Shown here in pieces: positions 38,201-46,592 of a DNA stretch of 64,000 nt. The number at the start of each line of letters is the position of its first letter. The stretch's first letter is position 1. The notes below the pieces were generated by a model. The model saw nothing but the letters and a program-made list of their open reading frames with translations. It was not told the DNA's origin and did no database searches. A program made the position numbers and the translations under genes. The DNA lies in the NCBI GenBank assembly GCA_964632945.1, contig CAZWCX010000022.1:1-64000 (forward strand), in the 5' to 3' direction. Origin of the DNA: an uncultured Planctomycetia bacterium. Lineage in GTDB: Bacteria > Planctomycetota > MHYJ01 > WSZJ01 > CAZWCX01.

Positions 38201-38261
38201 TGGACGTTGGGGCGGGATCGGCGGGGAACCCGGCATCCATCCGGAAGGGCCTCGCGGACAC
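35199..38261 (-). CDS. Ser/Thr kinase – TM – coiled-coil – extracellular FGE-sulfatase-like domain fusion (1020 aa)
   Basis: Kinase motifs (GRGGVGVAYHCRD, HRDIKPKNIM, DFGLAK, GTPVYMSPE); TM helix (LLSALFAALIFVVVGATATVAV); C-terminal FGE-like domain (…WPVWGISWHDAVDYTRWL…LPTEDEWEKGARGPDGR…RVLKGASW…). Confidence 0.85.
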   Translation of the reverse strand: MSARPFRMDAGFPADPAPTSTANPGDPSTRPSPPLPSRDADPAGHAPNPPSLSDPLGEDAALRVVRERYEFLRELGRGGVGVAYHCRDRQLNRDVAVKLLRSAESATEDAKSRFRHEAQVAASLHHPHIVQLFDFGDAAGCPFMVMQLAPGRDLDEIVRESRLEPREAAEMTLQIADALTYAHERGLLHRDIKPKNIMIHRRPDVMTAMLLDFGLAKVHESALSLGVDSPVPNAGRLTRDNQILGTPVYMSPEQVRGAEDLDARSDLYSLGATLYEALAGGPPLDRATLPELLEAIILDDPAPITRVRPVVDADLATICHKCLQKEAENRYPSAAELAADLRRYLAGEPIVARPVNVAVRAWRRAKRTPLLSALFAALIFVVVGATATVAVRTIQRRADFIRFRADSRTAFANGDLSSAMMHAREAQVLEPADPEIKQLLAQIAAQEAYAFGEETFAEYRQVKARIQILQVELRSLRQGLRTARTHLEKRRLWEREEDLRRAIQEREAHFASSVSAFTEALGNWKDHIEARKRLADLNLDRFLDAERARDASAMDSYRSLVLKFGRQEYAHLLRGERKVRISFRLPHRPADLDAQPVEAYLFRYEAAGSPPIRTPVPANPANGEVLAPPAHSATDPVPLGSALRSPLGGTALRAVVDARFGSAFALHPVPAGRLELELEEPDADGRRHVLFRGTLPRGSYLLYFAPGQGLWPLRYPFEVRRDEPWNDACDIPGSTEVPPLPPGSDPPPLSLPRGGLSASYWRHVSAGPCQIAGDPEAQYSPSREGGWVRLPPPDGKPGASAGQGFYLARFEVTSGMYVEYLNDRAWHSPAAARSRLPRLSANADPASTLWSIDPQEQVIFRDPEWRPDWPVWGISWHDAVDYTRWLTRKIGSGWIFQLPTEDEWEKGARGPDGRFFPWGDHFDESFCRMQDSREGESLRLGAEPYGLFPVDESPYGVRDLAGGVAEWTISTGGPAGEWRVLKGASWSSAASRCRAASREARLPEETHGHPGFRLKATRSP

Positions 38262-38316
38262 GGGGAGAAGGGGACGGGGGCGGTGAGTGGATTATAGGCG
38301 CCGCGGCGGGCGGCGG

Positions 38317-41300
38317 TCAACGGCCCTGGGCGGCACGGGCCGCCTCGAGCGCTTCCCGCCACAGTTCTCCCTGTTCGGGCGCAAGACTCCCGGCGGCTTC
38401 CAGGTCGACGACCGCGCCGTCGGCGTCTTCGCGCACGAGGCGGACGATCCCGCGCCGCCAGTGGCACTCCCAATCCGGGCCGCCGAGTTCGAGCGCGCGG
38501 GTGAAGGCGGCCTCGGCGGCCGCGAGTTCGGCGTCGACTCTCCTGCCGCGCTCGAGGGAGAGGAAGGCGGTCTGCGCCAGCGCGGCGCCGTGGCTCTTGT
38601 GGATCCCGGCGTCCTTCGGCCGGCCCGCGGCGGCGGCGCCGAAGTCCGCGGCGGCGGCGGCGAAACTCGCGAGGCCGTCCTCGCCCCGATGCGTTCGGGC
38701 CACCCCGTGGTTCTGGTGGGTGACGGCACGCAATTCGAAAGACTCGGGATCTCCGGGCGCGAGTTCGAGGGCGCGGGTCAGGTCCGCGAGGGCGGCGGCG
38801 GTCGCGGCGGCGCCCTCCGGGCGCGGACCGAGGTGCGCGGCGCGCAGGAGGTGGGCCTGTCCGCGGGCCCGCCAGGCCGTGGCGCCGGCCGCAGGAGACT
38901 CGACGACCCGGGTGAAGTCCGCGATCGCCGCGTCCAGCCACGGCATCGCCTGGCCGCCGAGGCGGGCCGCGCGGTCCGCGCGGACGCAGCGCAGGCGGCC
39001 CCGTTGCTCCACACAGCCGACGGCGTCGGGCGCGGCCCGCATGCCGCGTTCGAAGGCGGCTTCCGCCTCGGCCCACACCGGTTCGGGGTCTTCGCCGCGC
39101 GCGGCCCGTCGCTCGCCCTGAAAGCGCAGGGATATCCCCAGCGACCGCCAGTGGGCCTCCTCCTCGCCCCCGATTTCCGCGGCCCGGCGCAGGTCGGCCA
39201 CGGCGCGATCCAGCACGGCCCCCGGGTCGCGGCCCCGCCGCAGCGCGTCGCCGGCTTGCTGCGAGAGCGACGTTCCGCGCAGGACCCATCCCCGCGGATC
39301 CGCCGGATCCGTCTCGAGGATCCTCTCGGCCGCGGCGATCGCCTGCTCGAGCAGGGGACCGATCTCCTCGCGGTGACGTTCCCTCCACAGCGCTCGGCGG
39401 CGCAGGATCTTTCCCCGCTCGGACCATGCGTCCACGTCGTTCGGTCGGAGAGCGAGGGCGGCATCGATCTCCCGGAGTGCGTCGGTGAGGCGAGGGTCGG
39501 GATCCACGCCCCGCTCCATCTCGATTTCGCCCCAGTTCCCAAGCAATCGGCCGAGGGAGATTGCGGTGTCCCGGTAGGTGGCATTCTGTGTCTTGGCCTC
39601 TTCCAGGTCGGCGAGGGCCGCCTCGAGGTGGGGGAGCGGGTTTCCGCCCGAGCGCGCGGCGCGGACGGCGCGGTTGGTCTCCAGTTCTCCTCGACGGATC
39701 CGGATCTCGATGGACTTCGGCTCCAACCGCAGCGCCTCGGCGAGATCCGCCGCGGCGGCGGCGTAGTCCGGTCCGGGATCCCGGTGGCGACGCCCGACGA
39801 ACACGCCGAGGGTTCCCCGGGCCTCGCCGCGTCCCAGCCAGATCAGGGAGTCGTGAGGGGAGATCGCCAGGGCGCGATCGTAGTCCTCGAGCGCGGCCGA
39901 GAGCGTGGTCGTCCCATCCCCGCCGTGTCGCTCCTTGCGCTTGCCGATGTTGGTGCGGATGCTCGCGCGCAGGCGCCAGCCTTCGGAAAAATCCGGGTCG
40001 AGGCGGATCAGGTGCTCGGAGTCGGCCAGGGCGGATTCCCAGACGGGGATCGGATCCTGATGGCACTCGTGAATGTACAGTCCCTGATTCTCGCGCAGGA
40101 TGGCGCGGTCGATTCGCGCCAGGCGATCGTCGGGTCGTGCGGCGACGGCCGCATCGAGGTCGCGGCAGGCGTCCCGATACCGGGGGGTGGGATCGCCGCC
40201 GTGGTAGTGCTCCCACAATCCCGCGCGGCCGTGCAGTTGGCCGCGCAGGCGCAGGGCGTGAGCGTCGTCGGGGCGGAGTTCCAGCGATCGTGTCGCGGCC
40301 GACACGCCCTGATCCCACTGCGGCCGGGGATCCCGGCCGGCCGCTTCCTCGCGGCCGCCCAGCAGGGAACAGACCTCCGCAAGGCGGCGCCAGAACACGG
40401 CGTGGCCGCGATCGACTTCGGTGGCGCGCACGAAGACGGAACTCGCCGCCTCCGGATTCCCCTCCGCCAGATCCAGTTGGGCCAGTGCCGCGTAGGCCTC
40501 TTCCAGGCGGTCGTCCGCGCGCAGGGCGCCCTCCAGGAGGTCGCGCGCCCGGGCTTTGCCGTCGGGTTCTCCGGAGTGCATGGCCACCAGGCCGCGCGCG
40601 CAATCGACCATGGCCGGGGTCAGAACCGGCCCGGCGAGGGGCGATCCGCCGGGCGACGCACCGGCCGTGTCGAGCGATTGCTCCAGCACGTCGAGTTCGC
40701 CGAGCAGCGCGGCGAGAATCTGCCGGCCGGCGGGATCCGACTCGATGAGCTGGGCATCGGCGGGACGGGCCCGCGCATGGGCCGCGGCGAGCTCGGCGGA
40801 TTGCAGGGCGCCCAGGCGGGTCAGGCGCAAGCCCTCTTCGCGGCTCCAGGCCGTCCGCAGCTCGTCCACCCGTTCGGCCAGTCGCGCCGAGGCGAGCACG
40901 GCCCGCTCATAGCGCGCGGCGAGCAGATCGGGCTGACGGTCGAGGGCGCACGCCTGCTCGGCATCCGCCTCGGCGAAGCGGTCCAGGGCGCGCAGGAGCC
41001 GCCCGAGGTGATAGCGGGGTTCCCCCGTGGCGGGGTCGAGCCGTTCGGCCTCCTCGACGCCGCTGCGGAGCAGGCCGAGGTACTTCTCGGCGGTTCGCAC
41101 CGGAGCGCCGGCGCGGCGCAGTTCGAGCGCCGCGTCGTGATAGAGGCCGGCGCGTTCCCGCAGCTCGACCATCACCTTGCGCGCCAGGGCGAGCCGTTCC
41201 TGTTCGGCGCGCGCGGAGTCGCGCGCGGACTGCTCCGCGCGCGCCGCCATCGCGCCCGCCACGCCGAAGCCGATCAGGGCCAGGGCCGCCGCTCCCGCGA

Positions 41301-42936
41301 GGGCGGGGCGGCGCCGCACCCAGCGCACCGCGCGTTCGCTCCAGGTTTCCCGGCGGGCCAGAATCGCCTCCCCGCGCAGGAAGCGCGCCAGGTCGTCCGT
41401 CAACTCGCGCGCCGTCGGGTAGCGGGCGGCCGGTTCCTTGTGCATGGCCTTGAGGCAGATCGTCTCCAGATCGGGCGGCACCCGGGGGGCGCGCTTGCGC
41501 GGGGCAACCGGATCGTCCCGCAGCGCCTTGGCCATCACCTCGGCCGCGGTCTCCCCCTCGAAGGGAAGCCGCTCGGTCATGAGCTCGTAGAGCATGACTC
41601 CGAGAGCATAGACGTCGACCGGCGGACCGAAGAGGTGGATCTGCCCCCGGATCTGCTCCGGCGGCATGTATCCCGGCGTTCCCATCACCTGTCCGGTGAC
41701 GGTGAGCTTCGTCTCTCCGGTTCGGCGCGCCAGGCCGAAGTCCATCACCTTGAGGCCGCCGCCGTCCTCGAGGAGCACGTTGGCGGGCTTGAGATCCCGG
41801 TGGATCACGCCGCGGGAGTGCGCGAAGGCGATGGCCTCGGCGAGATCATGGAGAATCTGCACGCGTTCCCGCAGGGTGGGGAAGCGTCCGCGTCCCAGCG
41901 CCGAGTCGAGCGTGGCTCCCCGCACGAAGGCCATGGCGAAGTAGGGAGTCCCCTCCATCACCCCGACGTCATAGATCGGCACGATGGCGGGGTGCTGAAG
42001 AGTGGCGGCGGTGCGGGCCTCCCGCAGGAGGCGGTCGACCGCCTCCCGGTCGGCGTGGTCCGCCGCGTGCAGGGTCTTGAGGGCCACTTCGCGCTTCAGG
42101 TCCACATCGACCGCGCGGTAGACGATGCCCATGCCGCCGCGACCGACTTCGGCGTAGAGTTGGTACTTGCCGATCCGTCGCCCCAGGGGGAGGGGAAGCG
42201 CGCCTTCGGAGGGGCCGGCGGGGGGCGTCGCAGGGGCGAATCCGTCGTCCAGTACCGTGTCCCCCGGCGCCGCCGGGGGGGATCCGGCGACGCGCATCGT
42301 GTCGGCCGATCCGCGGGCCGGATCGCGGACGGTGGCGGTTGATTCGGGCGGCTCCGCGGGACCGAAGGCCGGATCGCGCACGGTCGCCGGTTCGCCCATC
42401 CAGGCGGCCGGGCCGCGGTTCCCGTCACGGAGCGTCACCGCGTCCCCGGGCGGTTTCGCGCCGGGGCCGTGACCGGCATCGTACCGAGAGGCGGCCGGCC
42501 CGGAATTCGGGTCCGAGCCCCGAACGGCGGGGGTGTGATGCGTGACGAGCGCCGTCGGGGAGGTGGGAAAAGACGGGGATTCGGACGGGTGAGGCCGCGG
42601 ATCCGCCGATTCGACGCCTTGGGCGCCCTCGCGGAGTCCGGCCAGGATCCCCGGGAGATCGGCCGAACCGCTCTCCCGCAGTCGGCAGGCCTCCTGCCAC
42701 GCGGACACGAAGTTTGGAATCCGGACGTCGAGCGCGCCCAACGCGACCGCGTGTTCCGCCAGCAGGTCGCGCACCTGGTCGGGCCGGAGCAGTCCGCTCT
42801 CCACCCAGACGAGACCCGCCGTGGGCGAATCGCTTCCCTCCGTCCGCGTCGCCAGGAATTCACGGACGCGGGCGGGCGAAATCCATCCTCGCTCCACGGC
42901 GAGGGTGGCGATGACGGCGTCCAGGGTGCGGGTCAT
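38317..42936 (-). CDS. Giant Ser/Thr kinase: MshEN-like N-terminus – kinase – TM – ~1000-aa TPR-like repeat region (1540 aa)
   Basis: N-terminus LDAVIATLAVERGWISPARVREFLATR…LVWVESGLLRPDQVRDLLAEHAVAL; kinase motifs (GRGGMGIVYRAVD, HRDLKPANVL, DFGLAR, GTPGYMPPE); TM (LAGAAALALIGFGVAGAMA); then an Ala/Arg/Glu/Leu-rich helical repeat region. Confidence 0.8.
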   Translation of the reverse strand: MTRTLDAVIATLAVERGWISPARVREFLATRTEGSDSPTAGLVWVESGLLRPDQVRDLLAEHAVALGALDVRIPNFVSAWQEACRLRESGSADLPGILAGLREGAQGVESADPRPHPSESPSFPTSPTALVTHHTPAVRGSDPNSGPAASRYDAGHGPGAKPPGDAVTLRDGNRGPAAWMGEPATVRDPAFGPAEPPESTATVRDPARGSADTMRVAGSPPAAPGDTVLDDGFAPATPPAGPSEGALPLPLGRRIGKYQLYAEVGRGGMGIVYRAVDVDLKREVALKTLHAADHADREAVDRLLREARTAATLQHPAIVPIYDVGVMEGTPYFAMAFVRGATLDSALGRGRFPTLRERVQILHDLAEAIAFAHSRGVIHRDLKPANVLLEDGGGLKVMDFGLARRTGETKLTVTGQVMGTPGYMPPEQIRGQIHLFGPPVDVYALGVMLYELMTERLPFEGETAAEVMAKALRDDPVAPRKRAPRVPPDLETICLKAMHKEPAARYPTARELTDDLARFLRGEAILARRETWSERAVRWVRRRPALAGAAALALIGFGVAGAMAARAEQSARDSARAEQERLALARKVMVELRERAGLYHDAALELRRAGAPVRTAEKYLGLLRSGVEEAERLDPATGEPRYHLGRLLRALDRFAEADAEQACALDRQPDLLAARYERAVLASARLAERVDELRTAWSREEGLRLTRLGALQSAELAAAHARARPADAQLIESDPAGRQILAALLGELDVLEQSLDTAGASPGGSPLAGPVLTPAMVDCARGLVAMHSGEPDGKARARDLLEGALRADDRLEEAYAALAQLDLAEGNPEAASSVFVRATEVDRGHAVFWRRLAEVCSLLGGREEAAGRDPRPQWDQGVSAATRSLELRPDDAHALRLRGQLHGRAGLWEHYHGGDPTPRYRDACRDLDAAVAARPDDRLARIDRAILRENQGLYIHECHQDPIPVWESALADSEHLIRLDPDFSEGWRLRASIRTNIGKRKERHGGDGTTTLSAALEDYDRALAISPHDSLIWLGRGEARGTLGVFVGRRHRDPGPDYAAAAADLAEALRLEPKSIEIRIRRGELETNRAVRAARSGGNPLPHLEAALADLEEAKTQNATYRDTAISLGRLLGNWGEIEMERGVDPDPRLTDALREIDAALALRPNDVDAWSERGKILRRRALWRERHREEIGPLLEQAIAAAERILETDPADPRGWVLRGTSLSQQAGDALRRGRDPGAVLDRAVADLRRAAEIGGEEEAHWRSLGISLRFQGERRAARGEDPEPVWAEAEAAFERGMRAAPDAVGCVEQRGRLRCVRADRAARLGGQAMPWLDAAIADFTRVVESPAAGATAWRARGQAHLLRAAHLGPRPEGAAATAAALADLTRALELAPGDPESFELRAVTHQNHGVARTHRGEDGLASFAAAAADFGAAAAGRPKDAGIHKSHGAALAQTAFLSLERGRRVDAELAAAEAAFTRALELGGPDWECHWRRGIVRLVREDADGAVVDLEAAGSLAPEQGELWREALEAARAAQGR

Positions 42937-43097
42937 GCGGAACCTCGGTGACGACAAGAGGATTATACGGGAGCAAGCGACGGCCGCAATCTCCGCGTTG
43001 GTACACGCCGGAGGCTTCGGGAGCCCCGGGAGACGGCCGACCTTGTCGGGACCGGAGATCCGGGTCGGCCGGCCGCGAACGGGGCGATCGGGAGCCT

Positions 43098-43126
43098 TTG
43101 CAGAGCGAGGCCCCACGGGGTAGAAT
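43098..43126 (+). promoter_or_regulatory. Candidate sigma70-type promoter for SDR gene
   Basis: TTGCAG, a 17-nt spacer, then TAGAAT, ~25 nt upstream of GGAGG and the ATG at 43150. Confidence 0.35.
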
Positions 43127-43149
43127 CCTCGCGTAGTGGAGGTCCCGCG

Positions 43150-43941
43150 ATGTCCGAACCCCCGGGCCGACCGGCCGCGCTCATTACGGGCGCTTCCTCC
43201 GGAATCGGCGAGATTTACGCCCGCCGCCTGGCCTCGCGCGGTCACGACCTCGCGCTCGTCGCCCGCCGCCAGGACCGACTGGACCGGCTCGCCGGGGAAG
43301 TGCGCGAGGCGCACCGCGTGCGCACGCTCGTCGTTGCGGCCGACCTGGCCCGCGCGGGGGCCTGCATCGAGGTCCACCGCCGGACCACCGAGGCCGGGTG
43401 GACGGTGGGTCTCCTGATCAACAACGCCGGTTACGGGAACTATGGGAAGTTTGCGGCCAGCGATCCCGAGCGGGAACTGGGGCAGATCGACCTGAACGTG
43501 AGGGCCCTGGTGGAACTGACCCGGCTCTATGTCCCGGACATGCTGGCGCGGCGGGACGGGATCGTGGTCCAGGTCGGCTCCGTCGCCGGCTTCATGCCGA
43601 TTCCGTACCTGTCCACCTATGCCGCCACCAAGGCATTCGTGCTCTCGTTCGCCGAGGCCCTGAACGTGGAACTCGAGGGTACCGGCGTCCACGTCATGGC
43701 CGTCTGCCCCGGCGGCACGCGGACCGAGTGGCAGGAGATGGCGGGAATCGAAAGCAGCCACGGCAAAGGGATGACCGCGGAGCAGGTCGTGGACCTGGCG
43801 CTCGCGGACATGGACGCGAAGAAGCGCGTGAGCGTGACCGGCTTCGGCAACCGCGTGGCCGCCTTCCTCGGCGGGTTGTTTCCGCGCGGGTTCGTTGCGC
43901 GCCGGACGCGCGCCCTGTTCGAGGGACGGGCCCGTCGATGA
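43150..43941 (+). CDS. Short-chain dehydrogenase/reductase (SDR) family oxidoreductase
   Basis: TGASSGIG cofactor motif, NNAG, and catalytic YxxxK (YAATK). Confidence 0.85.
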   Translation: MSEPPGRPAALITGASSGIGEIYARRLASRGHDLALVARRQDRLDRLAGEVREAHRVRTLVVAADLARAGACIEVHRRTTEAGWTVGLLINNAGYGNYGKFAASDPERELGQIDLNVRALVELTRLYVPDMLARRDGIVVQVGSVAGFMPIPYLSTYAATKAFVLSFAEALNVELEGTGVHVMAVCPGGTRTEWQEMAGIESSHGKGMTAEQVVDLALADMDAKKRVSVTGFGNRVAAFLGGLFPRGFVARRTRALFEGRARR

Positions 43942-44324
43942 GCGCCTTCTTCCGCGTGCACCTGAACCTGTCCCATGCCTGCACGATTGCCGGACGGCTG
44001 GAAAACCTCCTCGTCCGCCGGATCGACCCGCTCGACCGTGCGCATCAGGAGATGATGGGCGTGCTCGGCCGGATCATCGAACTCCTGCACCCATTCGCGG
44101 AGTCGGAGGAAATGCCCGAGCGCGAGCAGGTGGTCGGAATCGTCGAGGAATCGGCCAACCTGGGGAGGGCGCTCGTCGATGCGATCGAGCGCCTGAACCT
44201 GGGCGACGACCGGGTGGGGCAGTGGGTGCGCAACTACTTCGAGTGCCTCGAACTCGGCGAGGAGGGCGCGCGGCTGTCGTTGCGCGCGGGAGAGAATCCG
44301 GACTCGGCGCTGCGTCCCACCTGA
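43938..44324 (+). CDS. Hypothetical protein (128 aa), ATGA-overlapped with SDR stop
   Basis: Translationally coupled to the SDR gene; acidic helical protein. Its stop codon forms the first nt of repeat copy B. Confidence 0.45.
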   Translation: MSAFFRVHLNLSHACTIAGRLENLLVRRIDPLDRAHQEMMGVLGRIIELLHPFAESEEMPEREQVVGIVEESANLGRALVDAIERLNLGDDRVGQWVRNYFECLELGEEGARLSLRAGENPDSALRPT

Positions 44325-44377
44325 GTGGGGCTTCCACCTTGATCTCCTGGGTTGGTCCGGTCGCTCTTCGCGCGGGG
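44321..44377 (+). repeat. Dispersed ~55-nt repeat, copy B
   Basis: CTGAGTGGGGCTTCCACCTTGATCTCCTGGGTTGGTCCGGTCGCTCTTCGCGCGGGG, about 90% identical to copy C at 61592..61647. Confidence 0.8.
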
Positions 44378-44478
44378 AACGGCGCGCGCGGAGGGCGAGG
44401 CCGGACGGCGGGGGAGGGCGAGACCTCGCGGGCGGTCCCGCGGCTCGTGCGGGCGCGTACAACGACGGGGAGGGCGGC

Positions 44479-45330
44479 ATGGCGGACCTGCGCGTGTCGG
44501 AAGGGGTGTTTCCGTCGCGGGACGGGCTGAAGCTCTTCGGGCGGGACGTGCTCCCCCCGGGGGACGCGGCGATCCGCGCGCACGTCGCGGTCGTGCACGG
44601 GTACTCGGACCACCTCGGCCGGTACGAAGCCGTGTTCGAGAAACTCGCCGGTTCCGGGCTGGCGGTCCACGCGTTCGACTATCGCGGCCACGGCAGGGCG
44701 GAGGGCCGGCGCGGCCATTGCGACTCCTTCCGCCAGTTTCACGACGACCTCGACGCGTTCCTGGCGCGCGTCCGTCCGCAATCGTCGGGCCGACCGCTGT
44801 TCCTGCTCTCTCACAGCCATGGCGGGCTGATGGTCTTGAGCTGGGCGATCGCGCGCGGGGCGGACGGCATCGCCGGCGCGGTCTTCAGCGCGCCGTTTCT
44901 GCGTCTCGCCTTTCAGCCGCCGCGCCTGAAACTGTGGGCGGCGAGAATCCTCGAACGCGTCCTGCCCGCCTTTCCTCTCGGCAACGAGTTGCAGGTCACA
45001 CAGCTGACGCGCGATCCCGAATGGCAACGCCGGACGGAAGCCGATCCGCTCTACGGACACGTGACGACACCGCGCTGGTTTGCCCAGGCCCTCGCCACCC
45101 AGGACGAGGTGCTCCGGCGCGCCGCCGAATTCCGGCTGCCCGCGCTTTTCCTGCACGGTACCGCCGACCCGATCGCGGACCCGGACGCCACCCGGCAGCT
45201 GGTCGATGCCCTGGGATCCACCGACAAGAAACTGTCCTGCTACGACGGGTTTCTGCACGAGATCCTCAACGAAGTCGGGAAGGAGCGGGTGCGGGCGGAG
45301 ATCCTGGACTGGATCCTGGCGAGGGCGTAG
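44479..45330 (+). CDS. Alpha/beta hydrolase (lysophospholipase/monoacylglycerol-lipase-like)
   Basis: HGYSDH oxyanion region, nucleophile elbow SHSHGG, and C-terminal catalytic His context (DGFLHEIL). GGGAGGG RBS. Confidence 0.75.
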   Translation: MADLRVSEGVFPSRDGLKLFGRDVLPPGDAAIRAHVAVVHGYSDHLGRYEAVFEKLAGSGLAVHAFDYRGHGRAEGRRGHCDSFRQFHDDLDAFLARVRPQSSGRPLFLLSHSHGGLMVLSWAIARGADGIAGAVFSAPFLRLAFQPPRLKLWAARILERVLPAFPLGNELQVTQLTRDPEWQRRTEADPLYGHVTTPRWFAQALATQDEVLRRAAEFRLPALFLHGTADPIADPDATRQLVDALGSTDKKLSCYDGFLHEILNEVGKERVRAEILDWILARA

Positions 45331-45548
45331 GCGGGGGACATTATTGTCGGATTCCGCCAATGCTGTCGGGGACGCATCCTCCGGCGCGCATCCTCGACGG
45401 CGGGAGACCCCGAATTCGCGAATGCGCGAGTGTCGAATCCCTGCTCTGCAAGATTCATACCGCAGGGCGCTTCGAACAGGACGAACGAATCAAATCCAAG
45501 TCCGGTCAGGGCAGGATTCGGAGGTTGGCCACGACCACCGGCCGCGGC

Positions 45549-46481
45549 ATGAATTCTGCGGTTGTCCATCGTGAGTTCGGTCCCTGGCGGATTGGATGTG
45601 AGATGGAAAGAACCCGGGCTTCGGACCCCTCCCCCGGGGACGGGCGGACCTTCGGCCCCTATGTACTCCTGGAACGGGTCGGAGAGGGCGTTTCCTCGGT
45701 CGTGTTCCGCGCGCGCCGCGAGGGATTGGAGCGGGACGTCGCGCTCAAGGTATCGCGGCCCGATCTCGATCTCGAGGCGGCCCTGGAAGTCCTGAACCGG
45801 GAAGCCGCGCTCGCAGGCCTGTTGCAGGGACCGCACAGCATCACGGTACACGAAGTCGGCGTCCACGGGCGACATGCGTTTCTGGCCATGGACCTGATCG
45901 AAGGGACCACCTTCGAACGCTACCTGATGGAATTGCCCGAAGGGGCGCGGAAGGAGCCCGTGAGGGTGGTGCGGGCGCTATTGCCGGCGCTGCGGGCCCT
46001 GGGTCGCGGGCACCGGGCCGGCGTCATCCACCGCGACGTCAAGCCGAGCAACCTGCTGGTCGATCGCGGGGAGAGCGCGCACCTGACCGACTTCGGAATC
46101 GCGATGCGACTCGGGGAGGGGGAGCCGACGCCCGAGCGGGCCTCCGAGGGGACGCCCGCCTTCATGTCGCCGGAGCAGGCCTGGGGGGAGCCGCACAAGC
46201 TGGGTCCGGCATCGGATGTCTACAGCGTGGGGCTGCTCCTCTACACCGCGTTTGCCGGCCGCCCTCCCTGTGACGACCCCGGGTTCTACATGATGTTGCG
46301 GAAGGAAATGGGCGTGGATCCGGATCCGTTGACCTGGCACTGGCCGGAGGCGCCGTCGGCGCTGGTGCACATCATCGACAAGGCGACGCGGATCCAGCCG
46401 CTCGAACGGTTTGCGAACGCCGACCAACTGGCGGATGAGCTGGAGCGCTGGGCGCGATCGGCCGAGGAGAGCGTGGGATGA
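45549..46481 (+). CDS. Ser/Thr protein kinase (soluble, ~310 aa)
   Basis: Motifs GEGVSSVVFRAR, ALKV, HRDVKPSNLL, DFGIA, GTPAFMSPE. Alternative start at 45603. Confidence 0.8.
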   Translation: MNSAVVHREFGPWRIGCEMERTRASDPSPGDGRTFGPYVLLERVGEGVSSVVFRARREGLERDVALKVSRPDLDLEAALEVLNREAALAGLLQGPHSITVHEVGVHGRHAFLAMDLIEGTTFERYLMELPEGARKEPVRVVRALLPALRALGRGHRAGVIHRDVKPSNLLVDRGESAHLTDFGIAMRLGEGEPTPERASEGTPAFMSPEQAWGEPHKLGPASDVYSVGLLLYTAFAGRPPCDDPGFYMMLRKEMGVDPDPLTWHWPEAPSALVHIIDKATRIQPLERFANADQLADELERWARSAEESVG

Positions 46482-46592
46482 GGACGGGGAACGGCATGCC
46501 GGGGTCGGCCGCGCGGAAGGCGGTCGATCCGATCCTCCTGGGACTCGCCTGGCGCGAATCGGCCGGGCACGCGATCCCCCTCGCCTCCCGGG

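Noticed and set aside
45331-45548. Relatively AT-richer 218-bp stretch upstream of kinase 45549 (GACATTATTGTC etc.)
   Set aside because: It is probably just a promoter region. The inverted repeat GACA-N4-TGTC is too short to call an operator.
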